From Patescibacteria group bacterium (GTDB taxonomy: Bacteria > Patescibacteriota > Patescibacteriia > CAIXNZ01): 64,000 bases of DNA. Positions within the stretch are counted from its first letter, which is position 1. The number at the start of each line of letters is the position of its first letter. The notes below the pieces were generated by a model. It worked only from the letters and a program-made list of their open reading frames with translations, did no database searches and had not been told where the DNA came from. The stretch covers positions 5,425 to 69,424 of the forward strand of contig JAQTMG010000004.1 in the NCBI GenBank assembly GCA_028714455.1, read 5' to 3'. Of this stretch, positions 45,111 to 56,173 are shown in pieces. The position numbers were made by a program, and so were the translations under genes.

Positions 45111-48100
45111 ATGCTCGGTCAAAAAAATTCAAAAATTAATAAGGTCGCGCTGATAACGCTCTCCTTGATTTTTATTTTTTCTTCTTCCTATCTCGCCTTT
45201 GGCTGGAACGTTCGTCAGTCTCATGCCCAAGCGCTTGTTTTTGACGCGCCGGCCTTTGCTCATCTGACGGGTACCGAGATTTTAACCAAGATTTACGATG
45301 AAATAAAGGCCGTATTTTTTAAGAACGTGTTAGGTAGTTTTGCCAACAAGATCGCGGAACAGACGGCGATCTGGGTCGCTTCGGGAGGCAATGGCGCCAA
45401 GCCGCAATTTGTGACAAATTTTACCGAATTTACGCAAGGCTTTGCTGACGCGGCCGTCGGAGATTTTGTTCAGAACATCATGAAAGATCTGACCGGGTTG
45501 GATGTCTGTACGTTGGATCCGCGCTTGGCCATAAACATCGTCCTAAACATTCCAACGTTTCCAGGCAATGAAAATAACAAGCCGAGCTGCACCTGGACGC
45601 AAATGAAAAATCATTGGGAGGAAATAGGCAAATCCCAGCTTTTGACTTTAAACGCGACTCTGCAACCGGGCGGTCAATTCGGCCAGAATGTTCAACAACA
45701 AAACGCGGCCGTGCAAAACAACCCAACTCTGCGTTGCTGGACAAGTGATTTATACTCTGGCCATTACGTGAGCGCCACGAGCTGCACTCCTTCCTCTTGT
45801 TCCAATTCGAGTGACATTTTCACGTGTCCGGCGCCAGCCGTACAGGGGGCTCTTGAATTAAGCGGCAAAACACTTTCTGATTATTCGACCGTATTAAGTC
45901 AGGATGTAAGTCTCATGTCTGCGCACGCCCTGGATGGGACTACTCAAGCTTTTAGCGCCGGTATCGGCTCGTATGAAGTGGTCCCCGAAAATATTCCTCT
46001 GGTCAGAGATAAGTGGCTGGCCAAGATTGACGCTCAAATCGCGCCGCTGACCGCGTTAATTAATAAATATGGCCCCTGCCAGGGCGTTGACGCGGTGCAA
46101 TTTATTTCAGGCGGTAACTGCAATTCAGTTGCCCAAGAATTGGGTTTAAACATCCAGGGAACTGACTTGGGCAATCCAAACTTTCCAACCCTGGCCGCCA
46201 AGGTCAAGGGTGATCTGGGTCAAAAAACCAGCTACGTCTATAACAGCGCGCAGTCAATCAAGAGCGGTTACGATTATTTAAAATCACAGATAACCCAATA
46301 TTTTAGTCCTGAAAATTTTCAGGGCGGCGCTGCCTACAACTCCAATATGGCCAAGGATTTTTTTAATCCCGACGCCTTTGAATTCAACGCTTACGCGACT
46401 CTGACTCAAAAAATAAACGAAGTCGGTTTACAGACATTCACCCAGCAGCAGATTGATTTAACCGTCAATCAGGGCTGGAAAAGCGCCACAGACAAAATCG
46501 GGGGATATATCGAGACTCCTTCAAATCTCTTAAGAGATAAAGCAAGCGAAGATTTGAAGCAAGGCAAAACCGCCTCGGCGTACACAAATAACATTGCGGC
46601 TGACGCCTTAGGCGTATTTTTGGAGACTCTCTGGAATCAATATACCCAGCGTTTACTGCAGGGCATTGCCAATCCCAAACAAGCTCAAGAGTCCAAAAAA
46701 ATATCTATTCCCGGCACCCTGGGCCAAGGCACGCAAGGCACAACCTCCAGATATTCTCAAGACATTACGACACCCGAGGGCGTCACAAAATACATTCAGG
46801 ATATAGGCAAACAATTCCAGGCCAGCTACACGTACAAAGACGTGAATTTATTGGCCGATTTTCAACTGCAGATCACGGGCTTAGTTAATCCAAACATATA
46901 TAACAATGTTATTGATTCCAATTTTGCTTTGGCGATTAACGATCAGCAGACAATCCAAGAAGCCCTTGACGCGGGGCGTTTGGTTGGAAATTACAGATTT
47001 TCCTGGGGGTCGCAGCTTGAATCGGGGACGTATAGTCTGGCCAATATCAAAAAATTGAGAAAAGCCAGGGCCGTGCCCATCGGCTTGGAGTTGGCCGTGG
47101 AATTAATTAGGGACTGTAGTTTAAATCCGATTGGTCCGCTCTGTGCTAGCAACAAACTCCCGGCCGGCGCAAGCCCTTCAGATATCGCCAAATTTACTTT
47201 GCAGGAGGTGATAAAAGGATTTGACAAGTCGGGTAATGACGGCATCTGCGGCACGCTTGATAGTAACGAATCAGCGTTTTGCAATCTTGTCAATCCGAAC
47301 TGGGTGCTGAAAATTCCATTAACCAAATGTTCTTATGAATCTGATTTAGAGCCATTTGGCGAGATTTTACAAAGTAATGATAGTAGCGAAAGATATTCAC
47401 GCTGTACTGATTTCGCTTCTTGTCTCCAGGAAGACGGTAAGGGCGGCTGTCAAGATGAACAATATGGCTTTTGCGTAAAAGAAAAAAATGTTTGGCGTCT
47501 GGGCGCCGAAACCTGTCCGGCTGATTACGACAGTTGCCGCACTTATACTGTTAGACAAGGCGAAACAACAACAACCGTTTCATATTTAAAAAACACTCTG
47601 CCAGGTTCGGGCGTCTGCGGACCGGATAACGCCGGTTGTCAGCCGTACGCTTACGAGCGAGTCGGAACAAGCTGGAATGCCGAGAAAAAAATATATCTGG
47701 ATGCGAATGCCGAGACCTGTGATAGAACGAGTGAGGGTTGCTCGCTTTTCTGGCCGAGCGGCGATTTAAAAACGGCGATCGGCGAGAAGGCGCCTCTTTA
47801 TTATCGTAAGCCGCCAGCCTACCTGGGTTGTACTGGCAGCACTAATGATAATCCGCTCTGTCAAAACTATATGCAAATTTGCAACGCCGCCGAAGTGGGT
47901 TGCCAGCTTTACAAACCATTAAATGGCGACCCGAGCGTGCCTGCGGTGGCCAAATCTACTGATCTTTGTCCGGCCGAGTGCGTCGGTTACAGTGTCTATG
48001 TTCAGCAGCCGACTGCTTATGAACCGGAGCCTGTAAATTTATATAATTATTTTATTGCCGGCGCAGTCTCTCGCTGCTCACTGGAACAAATCGGCTGTTC

Positions 48101-51100
48101 TCAATTTACTAACCTTGATGAGGTTTCGCAGGGGGGTGAGGGTTTGCATTATTATACGTATCTAAAACAGTGCATCAAGCCGAACATAGGTCTTGGTGAG
48201 AAGGCCTACTTTACCTGGCAGAGCTCGGCGACCGGTTCGCCCAAAATTATCAGATATCAATTAAAACAAGTATTGGTCAGCGATCAGCAAAAATACCCGG
48301 AGGCAAATCTTGCCCTGGGTTCACCGATGACGATTGATTTGAGCGGCGAGTGTGATTCGGCCGGCAATCCCAATTGTCTGGAATTTTTTGACGACGGCGG
48401 CAACACTTATAGGCGCGATTTAACTCTCACGATATCGGTTTCCGATGATTGTCATCCTCTGCGAAAAGAAGATTCTGATGAGACAAATTGCACAGCGACT
48501 AACGGGAACTGGCTGAACAACGCTTGTATTTATAACGCTATTCCTTCGGAAAATACTTCTTGTGGCGCCGAGGCCGTTGGCTGCCGTGCTTATACGGGTA
48601 ATCGGGGGAATAATATTTTCAATTTGATAAATGACGATTTTGAAAATGCCAGCGCGGCTTCAGCCGGCTGGTCAAGCGGTTCTCGATCAAACGAATCAAT
48701 CGCGCTGGGTGGTCATTCATTATTCGTGGGGTCAGGCAGCACTTCCAAAAGCGCGCCGCTGGCAGCCAATAATTTGTACACGATTTCTTTCTGGGCTAAA
48801 ACCGATAACACTTCGTTGGAAAACATAAGCGCTGGTTTTGATAAGATCGCCAACAGCCCAAGCCAATTCAGCGTCAGCGCGGTCTGGCAAAATTTTACTG
48901 TCGGACCCATTTCAATTAATTCTAATTATCCGGATAACAATCTTATTTTTTCCGGCATCAACCAAAATATTTATCTGGACAATATAATAGTCAAGAGAAC
49001 GAGCGACCAGCTTTACGCCGTTAAAAACAGCTGGGTCGGCAAGATTCCCGCCTCCTGCGATACGCCGAGTGTCGGCGCCATGCTCGGCTGCGAGGCCTAT
49101 CAAAATACAGCCGGTCAGAATTTTTATTTCAAATCATTTACGAATCTTTGCGCCGAGAATAAAGTCGGTTGCCAGCTTTTGATTGATACGCAAAATTCTT
49201 TAAGCCCGGAGGCGCAGACATTCAGCCAATCAAATAATCCGGCCGATGATTATGTCGTGCCCGCCGATTCACAGGATGTACCTTATGTGCTTAACGATCA
49301 ATACAAGTGTCTGCCGGCGGATAAGGGTTGCCAGCTGCTGGGCAAACCGGTTTCGGTAAATTTTATCGATGTCTATTTGAAAAATGATCCGGATAAATAT
49401 ACTAACGTGGCTAATCCGATAATGTGTAAAGCCGAAGCGGTCGGCTGCACGGAATTGATAAATGACACGGGCGGCAGCGAGTTTTACCAGATCGATTCAA
49501 CCAAAATTTGTGCTTTCGACGAGCAAGCCGGCCAGTGGCTCTTGGGCGGTTCCGGCTGTTACGCTTCAAGCCAGAATTTAAATCCCTACACGATACTGCC
49601 CACGACAGATCAAAATTATGACGGCAAGGTCGGAGCTTGTCCCGGCCGCTATAACGGTTGCACGCAATTTTCCACCTACAGCCAGACTCAAGGCAATGAG
49701 GCCGAAAAATTGCTCGACGATAATTATTTTGCGCTGGACACCGGCAATACTTTAGACCGCTCAAGCTGCAGTTCAGTTGATTGGAATTCCGGCTGCGTCA
49801 GATTCCAAAACAGAGTAACCAACGCTCCGGAAGTTATTAAAGTAGACCGGGACCGCGATTGCGCGGAGTGGCTGGTCTGTAAAGAAAAAGACGCCAACGG
49901 ACTTTGTTTAAAAACCGGAGTCTGCGATCAGATGCAAAACGGCCAGTGCGCCGCCGGGCACATATTGGAATCGTGTAAAAAGTACGATAATCCTTGCGAT
50001 TTGGCCGCCTGGAGCGATTGCGAAAATTGTTTACTTGAGAATCAATGTTTATCTCCTTCAAATTGTCCAAATTGCGACGCGCAAAATTGCTCCACCATAG
50101 TTACAAACTGCAGGCAAAACGGTTCGTGTCTCGCTACTCAACCCACTTGCGCCTTTGATCCGATTACTCATGTTTGTTCTCCGCAGGGAGATTGCGAAGT
50201 TGACAGTCTCGGCAACTGCGTCTCGATCTACGACAAACTTAAAGATGACGTCCGTTATAATTACGCGGGCGTGGCCATTCCGCTTCAAAGAATCGCCGCC
50301 CAAAATCAGGGCTATATCTACAGACTGGCCAGCGGTTCGGCTCTGGCGACAGACTTGAACACCTGGCAGGCCGGCGATTTCTCGGGCTACAGCGTGCCAG
50401 ACAGATATCCTGTCGAAGTCGAACTTGAATCGCCTCTGGGCCAAGGCTTTACTCTCTATCCAAAAGTTGCCGACATCGGTCAAAATTTGGACGGCCGTTA
50501 CGAAGAGCCTATCTGCAAGGTTTTCCCCTCATCTAATTCCCCGATGCCTTATGAAATGTCAGGTGTTTCCAAGACTAAACAACTCAATAACCTTTACAGC
50601 CCCAGTTATCAGGCGGATTTGAGCAGTCTGGGCAGCATGTGCTCTTATGGAGAAGTGACTGCTGGCGGAGTTACGACCAATTTCCCGATATCCATGGTTT
50701 ATCCAAGCCTGGATGCCAGCGGCAATATTCTCAAAGATGCCAACGGAAATATCATATATAAAACAAGCGGAGTACAAGATGTCACAAATATCTGCACGAC
50801 GCCGGCTTACCGCCAGGGCAAGTGGTGTACTGTAAATGGCGCACCAAAAACAGGTGATGATCCGGGCCAAACTTGTCCTTACAGCGATTCCAATCCGGCT
50901 AATGCCGCTTCAACATGTTCTCCTGTTGAAAATGTTAAGATTTATAACGGCATTGAGAATATGTGCCTGGAATACGATACCTTGAGCCCGGTTTATGCCG
51001 ATCTTTATAAAAATAGTTATGATGGGCCATACACGTGTTCGGGCGCCGCTGGTTTTGACGCAAATGTCTACGATAAAATATTGGTTGGCGGCAAAGAAAA

Positions 51101-51386
51101 GAGCGCTTACTGCACAAAAAATGACGGTCTTTATGACAACGGCAGTGCGCCAAAATATAATTATCAGACCTACGCCTGCCTGACCTATTTCCCGCTGGCC
51201 ATCGACGTTTGTCCATATTACAAGACAAAAGCCAGTTGTCTGAATAATCCGGTTTGCAATTGGGGATTTTGCTATAGTTTTGATGCCAATGGCCGCCAGG
51301 TGATACAAACAAATTATTCAACGCAGGTAATTTGCGAAAAACAACCGGGATTTATCTGGCAGGATGAGCCGTGCCTAAGAAGATAA
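45111..51386 (+). CDS. Giant Cys-rich exported protein (2091 aa) with a CBM-like beta-sandwich
   Basis: N-terminal signal/TM, repeated C..E.VGC units, DDFE..GW..YTISFWAK..WQNF..YLDNI segment. Confidence 0.8.
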   Translation: MLGQKNSKINKVALITLSLIFIFSSSYLAFGWNVRQSHAQALVFDAPAFAHLTGTEILTKIYDEIKAVFFKNVLGSFANKIAEQTAIWVASGGNGAKPQFVTNFTEFTQGFADAAVGDFVQNIMKDLTGLDVCTLDPRLAINIVLNIPTFPGNENNKPSCTWTQMKNHWEEIGKSQLLTLNATLQPGGQFGQNVQQQNAAVQNNPTLRCWTSDLYSGHYVSATSCTPSSCSNSSDIFTCPAPAVQGALELSGKTLSDYSTVLSQDVSLMSAHALDGTTQAFSAGIGSYEVVPENIPLVRDKWLAKIDAQIAPLTALINKYGPCQGVDAVQFISGGNCNSVAQELGLNIQGTDLGNPNFPTLAAKVKGDLGQKTSYVYNSAQSIKSGYDYLKSQITQYFSPENFQGGAAYNSNMAKDFFNPDAFEFNAYATLTQKINEVGLQTFTQQQIDLTVNQGWKSATDKIGGYIETPSNLLRDKASEDLKQGKTASAYTNNIAADALGVFLETLWNQYTQRLLQGIANPKQAQESKKISIPGTLGQGTQGTTSRYSQDITTPEGVTKYIQDIGKQFQASYTYKDVNLLADFQLQITGLVNPNIYNNVIDSNFALAINDQQTIQEALDAGRLVGNYRFSWGSQLESGTYSLANIKKLRKARAVPIGLELAVELIRDCSLNPIGPLCASNKLPAGASPSDIAKFTLQEVIKGFDKSGNDGICGTLDSNESAFCNLVNPNWVLKIPLTKCSYESDLEPFGEILQSNDSSERYSRCTDFASCLQEDGKGGCQDEQYGFCVKEKNVWRLGAETCPADYDSCRTYTVRQGETTTTVSYLKNTLPGSGVCGPDNAGCQPYAYERVGTSWNAEKKIYLDANAETCDRTSEGCSLFWPSGDLKTAIGEKAPLYYRKPPAYLGCTGSTNDNPLCQNYMQICNAAEVGCQLYKPLNGDPSVPAVAKSTDLCPAECVGYSVYVQQPTAYEPEPVNLYNYFIAGAVSRCSLEQIGCSQFTNLDEVSQGGEGLHYYTYLKQCIKPNIGLGEKAYFTWQSSATGSPKIIRYQLKQVLVSDQQKYPEANLALGSPMTIDLSGECDSAGNPNCLEFFDDGGNTYRRDLTLTISVSDDCHPLRKEDSDETNCTATNGNWLNNACIYNAIPSENTSCGAEAVGCRAYTGNRGNNIFNLINDDFENASAASAGWSSGSRSNESIALGGHSLFVGSGSTSKSAPLAANNLYTISFWAKTDNTSLENISAGFDKIANSPSQFSVSAVWQNFTVGPISINSNYPDNNLIFSGINQNIYLDNIIVKRTSDQLYAVKNSWVGKIPASCDTPSVGAMLGCEAYQNTAGQNFYFKSFTNLCAENKVGCQLLIDTQNSLSPEAQTFSQSNNPADDYVVPADSQDVPYVLNDQYKCLPADKGCQLLGKPVSVNFIDVYLKNDPDKYTNVANPIMCKAEAVGCTELINDTGGSEFYQIDSTKICAFDEQAGQWLLGGSGCYASSQNLNPYTILPTTDQNYDGKVGACPGRYNGCTQFSTYSQTQGNEAEKLLDDNYFALDTGNTLDRSSCSSVDWNSGCVRFQNRVTNAPEVIKVDRDRDCAEWLVCKEKDANGLCLKTGVCDQMQNGQCAAGHILESCKKYDNPCDLAAWSDCENCLLENQCLSPSNCPNCDAQNCSTIVTNCRQNGSCLATQPTCAFDPITHVCSPQGDCEVDSLGNCVSIYDKLKDDVRYNYAGVAIPLQRIAAQNQGYIYRLASGSALATDLNTWQAGDFSGYSVPDRYPVEVELESPLGQGFTLYPKVADIGQNLDGRYEEPICKVFPSSNSPMPYEMSGVSKTKQLNNLYSPSYQADLSSLGSMCSYGEVTAGGVTTNFPISMVYPSLDASGNILKDANGNIIYKTSGVQDVTNICTTPAYRQGKWCTVNGAPKTGDDPGQTCPYSDSNPANAASTCSPVENVKIYNGIENMCLEYDTLSPVYADLYKNSYDGPYTCSGAAGFDANVYDKILVGGKEKSAYCTKNDGLYDNGSAPKYNYQTYACLTYFPLAIDVCPYYKTKASCLNNPVCNWGFCYSFDANGRQVIQTNYSTQVICEKQPGFIWQDEPCLRR

Positions 51387-51395
51387 AATTATTTA

Positions 51396-54377
51396 ATGAA
51401 AAATTTGAAAAAAAATAAAATATACTTGATGATTTTGCCGATCTGCATTTTTTCGTTATTTTTTGTTTGTCGGGAAACATTCGCGGCGGCAATAGCCTCG
51501 TCCGTATCGATTGTTGATGTTCTGCCAAGCATTCTAGCGCCGATTGTCATGGTTTTTGTGTCTTTCTTCGGGCAGCTTTTAATAACTTCTTTTAAGCTAT
51601 TAGTTTATGTGAGTAAATTTAATGATTTTATTAATTTTCCTTACGTAACAGTCGGCTGGACAATGTTGAGGGACGTGGTAAATATGCTTTTTATCGTCGG
51701 CTTGCTTTTCATCGCCTTTGTCACGGTTTTAAATGTGCAAAAATATGAATGGACCAAACTGCTTTTCCGCTTGCTGGTGATGGCGATTTTGGTCAATTTC
51801 AGCCGCACCATCTTGGGCCTGCTCATTGACGCCTTTCAGATAATAATGCTGACCTTTGTCAACGCTTACAAAGATATTGCCGAGGGAAATTTATTTGCCA
51901 TTTTAGGAATTCCAAATCTGGGAACATTTATACAGAACCCCGACAAAATTACAGACACACAAACGCTGGTGAGTATGCTGATGTCGTTAATTTTCATTGT
52001 TGTTTCTTTGATTGTAGTATTCATTTATTGTATTATCTTGGCGTTTAGAATAGTTGTTTTGTGGATTTTGATAATCGTTTCTCCACTGGCGTTTTTTTCC
52101 TGGGTTTTCGAGGGAGCCGTCAGCCAGTTGGGCAGTTTTTCCGGACAATTTTGGAGATATTTGTGGCAATATTTGTCAGTCGGGCCCATGCTGGCTTTTT
52201 TCCTTTGGCTGTCTCTCTCAACTCTGACCAACATGAACCTGCCCGTGGAAACTGGTTCGACAACCCAAGTCGGTTTGGGCTTGGCCGGTACTTTTGATAA
52301 TATCGCCAAATATTTATTTGCCATCTTGACTCTCGTAGCCGCTCTTGTGCTTACTTCGAGTTTTCAAGTCGCGGGCGCTTCTTACGCGGGCAGAGCAGTG
52401 AACTGGATGAAAGACCAGAGCGTCGGGCGCCTGGAAAGAGGCGCCAGGCGGGCCGCGGCCGGAGCAGGCTATATGGCCACCACACCAGTTCGTGCGCTTA
52501 AGCCCTATGCGACAGGAGTTGCCGAGGGTGTATCCCAAAAGCTGCAAGCCGGCAGATTTACCAAACTTTTGACAAGCGCGGGCCGAAAACGTACTTCTGA
52601 AGCCATGAGAGCCGATGCCGAGTCTTTGGTTTTATCTGGTCGCGCCGGTACTGCCGAACAAAGGAAAATTCAAGCCGAAAACGCGGAGAGTTATAAGAAA
52701 AACAGGCCAGATATCAACTGGGAAAATCCCAACGAAGTGCGGGAAAAGATTTTGGACAAAGAAATGAAAAAAACACCGGCAATTTTAAGAGATAAAGCAG
52801 CTCTGGAAGCCGCCTATACTGCTTTAGCTGATAAGGGTCAGCTGCAATACAATGATCTTAAAGAGATGCAGGGCAGCGGAGGGCTTTTGGATGGTAAAGG
52901 CAGAAGGAACAAGCAAATATTTCTTGAGGACATGGAGAAGCGGGTGGAAAAAGAAACAGGACGGCACAAATCATTTTCCGATTTGATATATAACGAAGAC
53001 ACAAACGAATACGAAGTCGTCAGCGATCTAATAGAAAAGGCAAAGATAGCAACGGCGGATACAAAAGATGAGGATTTATTAAATAGAATTGCAGACTTGG
53101 ATCCCAGCAAAATTACGAAAAAAGATACCGAAGGCATATACAAACTTGATAAGGATAGTGACGAATATAAGAGATTAGAAAGTTCAGACAATAAAAAAGA
53201 CGTAGATTTTCTCAATTATCTTAAAGGAAAGGAAGACAAGGGTGTACAAAAAGATTCCGAATTTTGGACAATAATGCGATCGAGTCAGGCAAAAAGTAGC
53301 AGGCGCAAAGAGGTGCAAAAAGGCATTGGTACTGCTAATCAGGAAAGGCTCAACAAATCTGCCAAGCAGACAGATTTATTGGATATTATGAAAAATCCAG
53401 TTGATTACGTGATGGCAGAGGGAAGGGGTCTTTTACAACAAATCCCCAGAATCGGCGGTTTGGATCAGCCAGGCCGTGACAATATTAAAACAAAGTTGCA
53501 ATTCATGTTTGGCTCTGGCGAAGAAAGAGCCAAGTTGATTGATAAAAATAAAAATTTGTTTGATCCATCATTGCACAATAAATCAGCAGATGAATTGGCC
53601 AAAATGGCTCAAATTAAAGAACTTGATAGACAGGTTAGTAATTTGAGCCTCGATGATTTGGAGAAATACCAAGACTTGGCAGTAGAGGTGTCTAGTAAAT
53701 TTAATACTATAGGTCAGAAACTCGACGGCGGTGAAGGTCAAAAAGATGATCATATTGAAGATAGAATTAAAACAAAACGCAAAAAAGAAACATTTACAGT
53801 GGGGGTTGAGCAGGAATTAGGCAAAGTCCTTGTTGGCTCTGGTTTTGCAGATGAAAGAAATAAAGCCATTAAATTTATTGACGTGCAGGCGGCTGATATG
53901 CTAAAGGCCACCGAGGGTATGGGGAAGGATGAAAGAGTTATAGAAATTGCCGATAGAATGGCGGGGGAACCTGATTCAGGGTTATTTGGTAGAGGAGAAA
54001 TCGCTCAAGAGATGACTAAATATTTATTGCAGAAAGAAAGCGAGATAAAAGCAAGGGATAAAATAGTAAAAGATAAGCAAAAAGAACTTGCTCAAAAAAT
54101 AAAACAAGGCTTAAGAAATGTGACAAATCAATTTAATTCAGGTCAAAAGAATCCCAAAGCGTTGCAGTTTTATTTTAAGGCATTGAGCAAAAATTTATCT
54201 AGTGATATAGAAAAAAATGCCCTGAATAAAGAACTTTTTAGTTATGATGCCTTGCAAAAACAATTTGACGATGCGATAAATTTAATAGAAGAAAAAGACA
54301 AAGCCGAATTTAATAAGAAGATGAAGGACATCAGGGATACATTTGACGGTTTGGGTCTTAAAGTAAAAGAAAAATAA
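51396..54377 (+). CDS. VirB6/TrbL-like polytopic membrane protein with long charged C-terminal tail
   Basis: GWTMLRDVVN..LVNFS, RIVVLWILIIVSPLAF, multiple TMs in the first ~330 aa. Confidence 0.7.
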   Translation: MKNLKKNKIYLMILPICIFSLFFVCRETFAAAIASSVSIVDVLPSILAPIVMVFVSFFGQLLITSFKLLVYVSKFNDFINFPYVTVGWTMLRDVVNMLFIVGLLFIAFVTVLNVQKYEWTKLLFRLLVMAILVNFSRTILGLLIDAFQIIMLTFVNAYKDIAEGNLFAILGIPNLGTFIQNPDKITDTQTLVSMLMSLIFIVVSLIVVFIYCIILAFRIVVLWILIIVSPLAFFSWVFEGAVSQLGSFSGQFWRYLWQYLSVGPMLAFFLWLSLSTLTNMNLPVETGSTTQVGLGLAGTFDNIAKYLFAILTLVAALVLTSSFQVAGASYAGRAVNWMKDQSVGRLERGARRAAAGAGYMATTPVRALKPYATGVAEGVSQKLQAGRFTKLLTSAGRKRTSEAMRADAESLVLSGRAGTAEQRKIQAENAESYKKNRPDINWENPNEVREKILDKEMKKTPAILRDKAALEAAYTALADKGQLQYNDLKEMQGSGGLLDGKGRRNKQIFLEDMEKRVEKETGRHKSFSDLIYNEDTNEYEVVSDLIEKAKIATADTKDEDLLNRIADLDPSKITKKDTEGIYKLDKDSDEYKRLESSDNKKDVDFLNYLKGKEDKGVQKDSEFWTIMRSSQAKSSRRKEVQKGIGTANQERLNKSAKQTDLLDIMKNPVDYVMAEGRGLLQQIPRIGGLDQPGRDNIKTKLQFMFGSGEERAKLIDKNKNLFDPSLHNKSADELAKMAQIKELDRQVSNLSLDDLEKYQDLAVEVSSKFNTIGQKLDGGEGQKDDHIEDRIKTKRKKETFTVGVEQELGKVLVGSGFADERNKAIKFIDVQAADMLKATEGMGKDERVIEIADRMAGEPDSGLFGRGEIAQEMTKYLLQKESEIKARDKIVKDKQKELAQKIKQGLRNVTNQFNSGQKNPKALQFYFKALSKNLSSDIEKNALNKELFSYDALQKQFDDAINLIEEKDKAEFNKKMKDIRDTFDGLGLKVKEK

Positions 54378-54379
54378 AT

Positions 54380-55687
54380 ATGGATTTAGTAAAAATAAAA
54401 AAAGGCGACCTTGGTCAGCTGGAACCAATTTTTGACAAAATTATACAAGATAGCCGGTTGGGAGAGAAGAACGATGTTATATTAGACATCTTGGGCGATG
54501 TTATATCGGGAGCAACCGATATTTTAGATGTGCCGACGATTTTCAGCGACGCATTAAAAATTGATTTTGGCAGAGCTGTTGAGTTGGCATATGAGTTAGA
54601 TACTCAAATAGTGCAAAAAAAATCGCAACTGGAATCGATAAAAAAGAATTTAATGAAAAAAAATTTAGTTGCCTTTTCACCCCAGACCATTGCCGATGAA
54701 TTTTTAGCAGAAATAAATTATAAGTTCACGGATTCTGCGTTAAAAAAAAGATACGATGATGCGATTTTAAGCTGGCTAAAAGGGACTAGGAAAGAAAATG
54801 ATTTAAGAGATGTTTTAACTCGTTCTGTAAAAATTGGCGGAGTCGGTATGAGCGAGGAAGCATATGGTAAACTGGCAGCACTTTTGGGAGAAAAGCAGCA
54901 GCAGATTGAATCAGGTCAAATAAATATGCCGCAGATAATCAGTGAGTACGAGGGTGGGGGAAATACCGAAGAGACAAATTTGTCAGAACCAGATATTGAT
55001 GTCTCGGCTAAAATAAAATTGGGCAAAGAGAGGCCGACTCAAGAAAACGGAGTCGGGATTCACCAGCTCCTGCAAGAGAAAGGAATAAATTTTAATGAGC
55101 TGTCCAGAATTGAGAAAATAAAGCGTGAGCTGGGAGACATTGAGAGGGTACCGGAAGTCAGCGGCGATTTTGCCAAAGACGTGGTTGAGGAGGAAGAATT
55201 TTTAGCCAGCAAAAAAGAAATCGCGCCGCCCGCCTTTGCGCCAAAACCGTCAGCAGCGCCGAGACAAACCGTCCAGAAAAATTTCAACGTTAAAAACGAA
55301 TCTCCTGTCCAGTTTAAGCCAAGACCGGCGGTCAGAGAAAGACCAAGGATGGAAGACGTTAAATTTACCGAGCAGAAATTATACGGACCGATTGACGAGT
55401 TGGCGGCGCTGACCATCACTGATTTTCGCCGACTGTCTAGAGATCCCGGGGAAGCGGCTTTGAAAATTTTGGGCAAGCTGGATTTACTAGAAGACGAGTC
55501 TCTGGTGAAAAAAACGCAGGGAATCGAAGCGCTAAAAAGCAGCCCACTTTATAAACTTTACGCGCAGACAATGAATCTGGCCATGAGTCAATCAAAGTCG
55601 ATTGAACAAGTGATTAATGAAAATAAAAATATTTCGCTGCCCGAGTATAAGGCGATAGTGGAATTAAATCAAAAATTAAAGTACTGA
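54380..55687 (+). CDS. Hypothetical cytoplasmic protein in the T4SS-like locus
   Basis: Long ORF, co-oriented, tight spacing; C-terminal GPIDEL..DFRRL..SPLYKLY. Confidence 0.7.
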   Translation: MDLVKIKKGDLGQLEPIFDKIIQDSRLGEKNDVILDILGDVISGATDILDVPTIFSDALKIDFGRAVELAYELDTQIVQKKSQLESIKKNLMKKNLVAFSPQTIADEFLAEINYKFTDSALKKRYDDAILSWLKGTRKENDLRDVLTRSVKIGGVGMSEEAYGKLAALLGEKQQQIESGQINMPQIISEYEGGGNTEETNLSEPDIDVSAKIKLGKERPTQENGVGIHQLLQEKGINFNELSRIEKIKRELGDIERVPEVSGDFAKDVVEEEEFLASKKEIAPPAFAPKPSAAPRQTVQKNFNVKNESPVQFKPRPAVRERPRMEDVKFTEQKLYGPIDELAALTITDFRRLSRDPGEAALKILGKLDLLEDESLVKKTQGIEALKSSPLYKLYAQTMNLAMSQSKSIEQVINENKNISLPEYKAIVELNQKLKY

Positions 55688-55688
55688 T

Positions 55689-56108
55689 ATGCCCGGACCA
55701 TTCGCGGTGCCACAATTTATAGACGCGGAAAATAAAATCTTCGGCCCGATCACGACCAGACAATTTTTGATTATGATGGTGGCGGGGATGCTGGATTTTA
55801 TTTTTTACAAGATATTCTTTTTTAATATTTTTATAGTAATAGCGGTAATTACGACAGGTGTTTTCGGCATATTTGCGTTTTTACGCATCAACGGCGTGGC
55901 CTTTCATATTTTTTTCCTGAATCTCGTCTTGACATTGAGAAGACCGAGACTGCGCCTCTGGCACAAAGAAGAAATAAAATCGCTGCCGCCCGTTGAAAAA
56001 GTTGAAATAAAAAAGGAATTTATACCCAAGCCGGCGATTTCGAGTTCGCGCTTAACGAGCTTGTCGCTGGTCGTTAACACGGGCGGCGCCTATAAAGAAG
56101 AAGAATAA
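55689..56108 (+). CDS. PrgI family protein (VirB3-like)
   Basis: FAVPQFIDAENKIFGPITTRQF, two TMs, RPRLRLW. Confidence 0.85.
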   Translation: MPGPFAVPQFIDAENKIFGPITTRQFLIMMVAGMLDFIFYKIFFFNIFIVIAVITTGVFGIFAFLRINGVAFHIFFLNLVLTLRRPRLRLWHKEEIKSLPPVEKVEIKKEFIPKPAISSSRLTSLSLVVNTGGAYKEEE

Positions 56109-56173
56109 TGAACCACTAAAATATAATCACTAAATACACGAAAATTTAGCGGTTGTTATAAAAAATAATTACT

